A DNA stretch of 64,000 nt from Candidatus Woesearchaeota archaeon (GTDB taxonomy: Archaea > Nanobdellota > Nanobdellia > Pacearchaeales > GW2011-AR1). The translations under genes were made by a program, and so were the position numbers. Shown one piece after another: positions 63,406 through 64,000 of this stretch (positions are counted from its first letter, which is position 1; every line of letters starts with the position of its first letter). The stretch is taken from NCBI GenBank assembly GCA_964576755.1, contig CAZNUV010000003.1, positions 30,206 through 94,205 on the forward strand, read 5' to 3'. A model generated the notes under the pieces. It did not search any database. It had not been told where the DNA came from and was given only the letters and a program-made list of their open reading frames with translations.

Positions 63406-64000
63406 TGTCTTACTCTCCCTAACCAATCATTTATTTTCCCAACTCCAATTCCTACATAATTTTCTCTCTTAGGAATTTTTGATTTTTTCCAAATTTTAAA
63501 GGCCAGAGGATAACTCAGTGATCTAAATAATTCTGGATGATAAATATTTCCCTTATGGAGACTTAATCCATGAATCCCCCCAATATCTGCCCTAACTTCT
63601 TCATCTTCTATCTCACTGAATCTAGTTAAACGATTATTTCTATCTAAAATATCTTGAGCTAGTATTTCCATAGGTTCTAGTTGATGACAAGATAAATTTA
63701 AAACATAATCTAAAAAATGTGTCTCTTCATGTGCTAAATTAAGGGTATCTTCATCAAAATATTTTGATTTTTTTAAAAATATATGGTTATTTATTTTTTT
63801 ATTAATAGAAAATGTATGGAGCCTACCACAAACAAAAGGGTCTGATTTAAATCTTTCAATAATTCTTTCCTCTTGTTTCATTTTTTCAGGAGTTAAATTA
63901 TTATAATCTGCAATTAATCTTAAACTATGTTCTGAGATATCCTCAACAAATCCATCATAGTGAAGATTCACATTCTTAGGTATAGGAATCTGTAAATCTT
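63402..64000 (-). CDS. HExxH protein, paralog of 62110..62706, 5'-partial (continues past the window end)
   Basis: The frame stays open upstream of the track's GTG (..DLQIPIPKNVNLHYDG) and aligns with GLKIPVSEDVSIYYHQ of the paralog. HEETH motif. Confidence 0.5.
   Translation of the reverse strand, partial: DLQIPIPKNVNLHYDGFVEDISEHSLRLIADYNNLTPEKMKQEERIIERFKSDPFVCGRLHTFSINKKINNHIFLKKSKYFDEDTLNLAHEETHFLDYVLNLSCHQLEPMEILAQDILDRNNRLTRFSEIEDEEVRADIGGIHGLSLHKGNIYHPELFRSLSYPLAFKIWKKSKIPKRENYVGIGVGKINDWLGRVRQ

Overview
Visibly AT-rich, gene-dense window read on both strands. It looks like a small-genome archaeon, plausibly DPANN-like; that placement is an inference from gene content. Archaeal information-processing genes present: aRF1, L15e, TFE, TFS, NAC, Sec61-beta, PolB, FEN-1, NreA, RadB, Cdc48 and a type IA topoisomerase. 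There are six aminoacyl-tRNA synthetases (Val, Met, Ser, Ala, Leu, Trp); LeuRS, MetRS and AlaRS look bacterial-type. Three tRNA genes were found by eye: Ile-GAU, Lys-CUU with a 78-nt intron, and Glu-CUC with a 101-nt intron. Many small orphan ORFs and membrane proteins fill the gaps. I saw no rRNA, CRISPR array, transposase or integrase. Main findings: (1) The aRF1 gene at the left edge is absent from the ORF track because it runs off the window. It carries an intact 431-codon LAGLIDADG intein inserted exactly after the catalytic GGQ motif. (2) At the right edge, a tightly coupled operon encodes a signal-peptide-bearing T4-type (GH24) lysozyme between two paralogous HExxH proteins, which is unexpected in an organism without murein. 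(3) The tRNA-Lys locus is followed by a rearranged partial duplicate of its own T-arm and acceptor 3' strand. (4) A block of self-paralogous small membrane proteins lies at 40.7-43.2 kb. (5) A receptor-like membrane protein carries a degenerate class III cyclase-homology domain. (6) A TATA box sits at a nearly fixed -29 from the start codon of about 20 genes, implying leaderless mRNAs; this let me correct several starts. Operon-internal genes use GGAGGT-type SD sites or UAAAAUG/AUGA coupling. All functional calls rest on motif recognition by eye in the translations. No database search was run.
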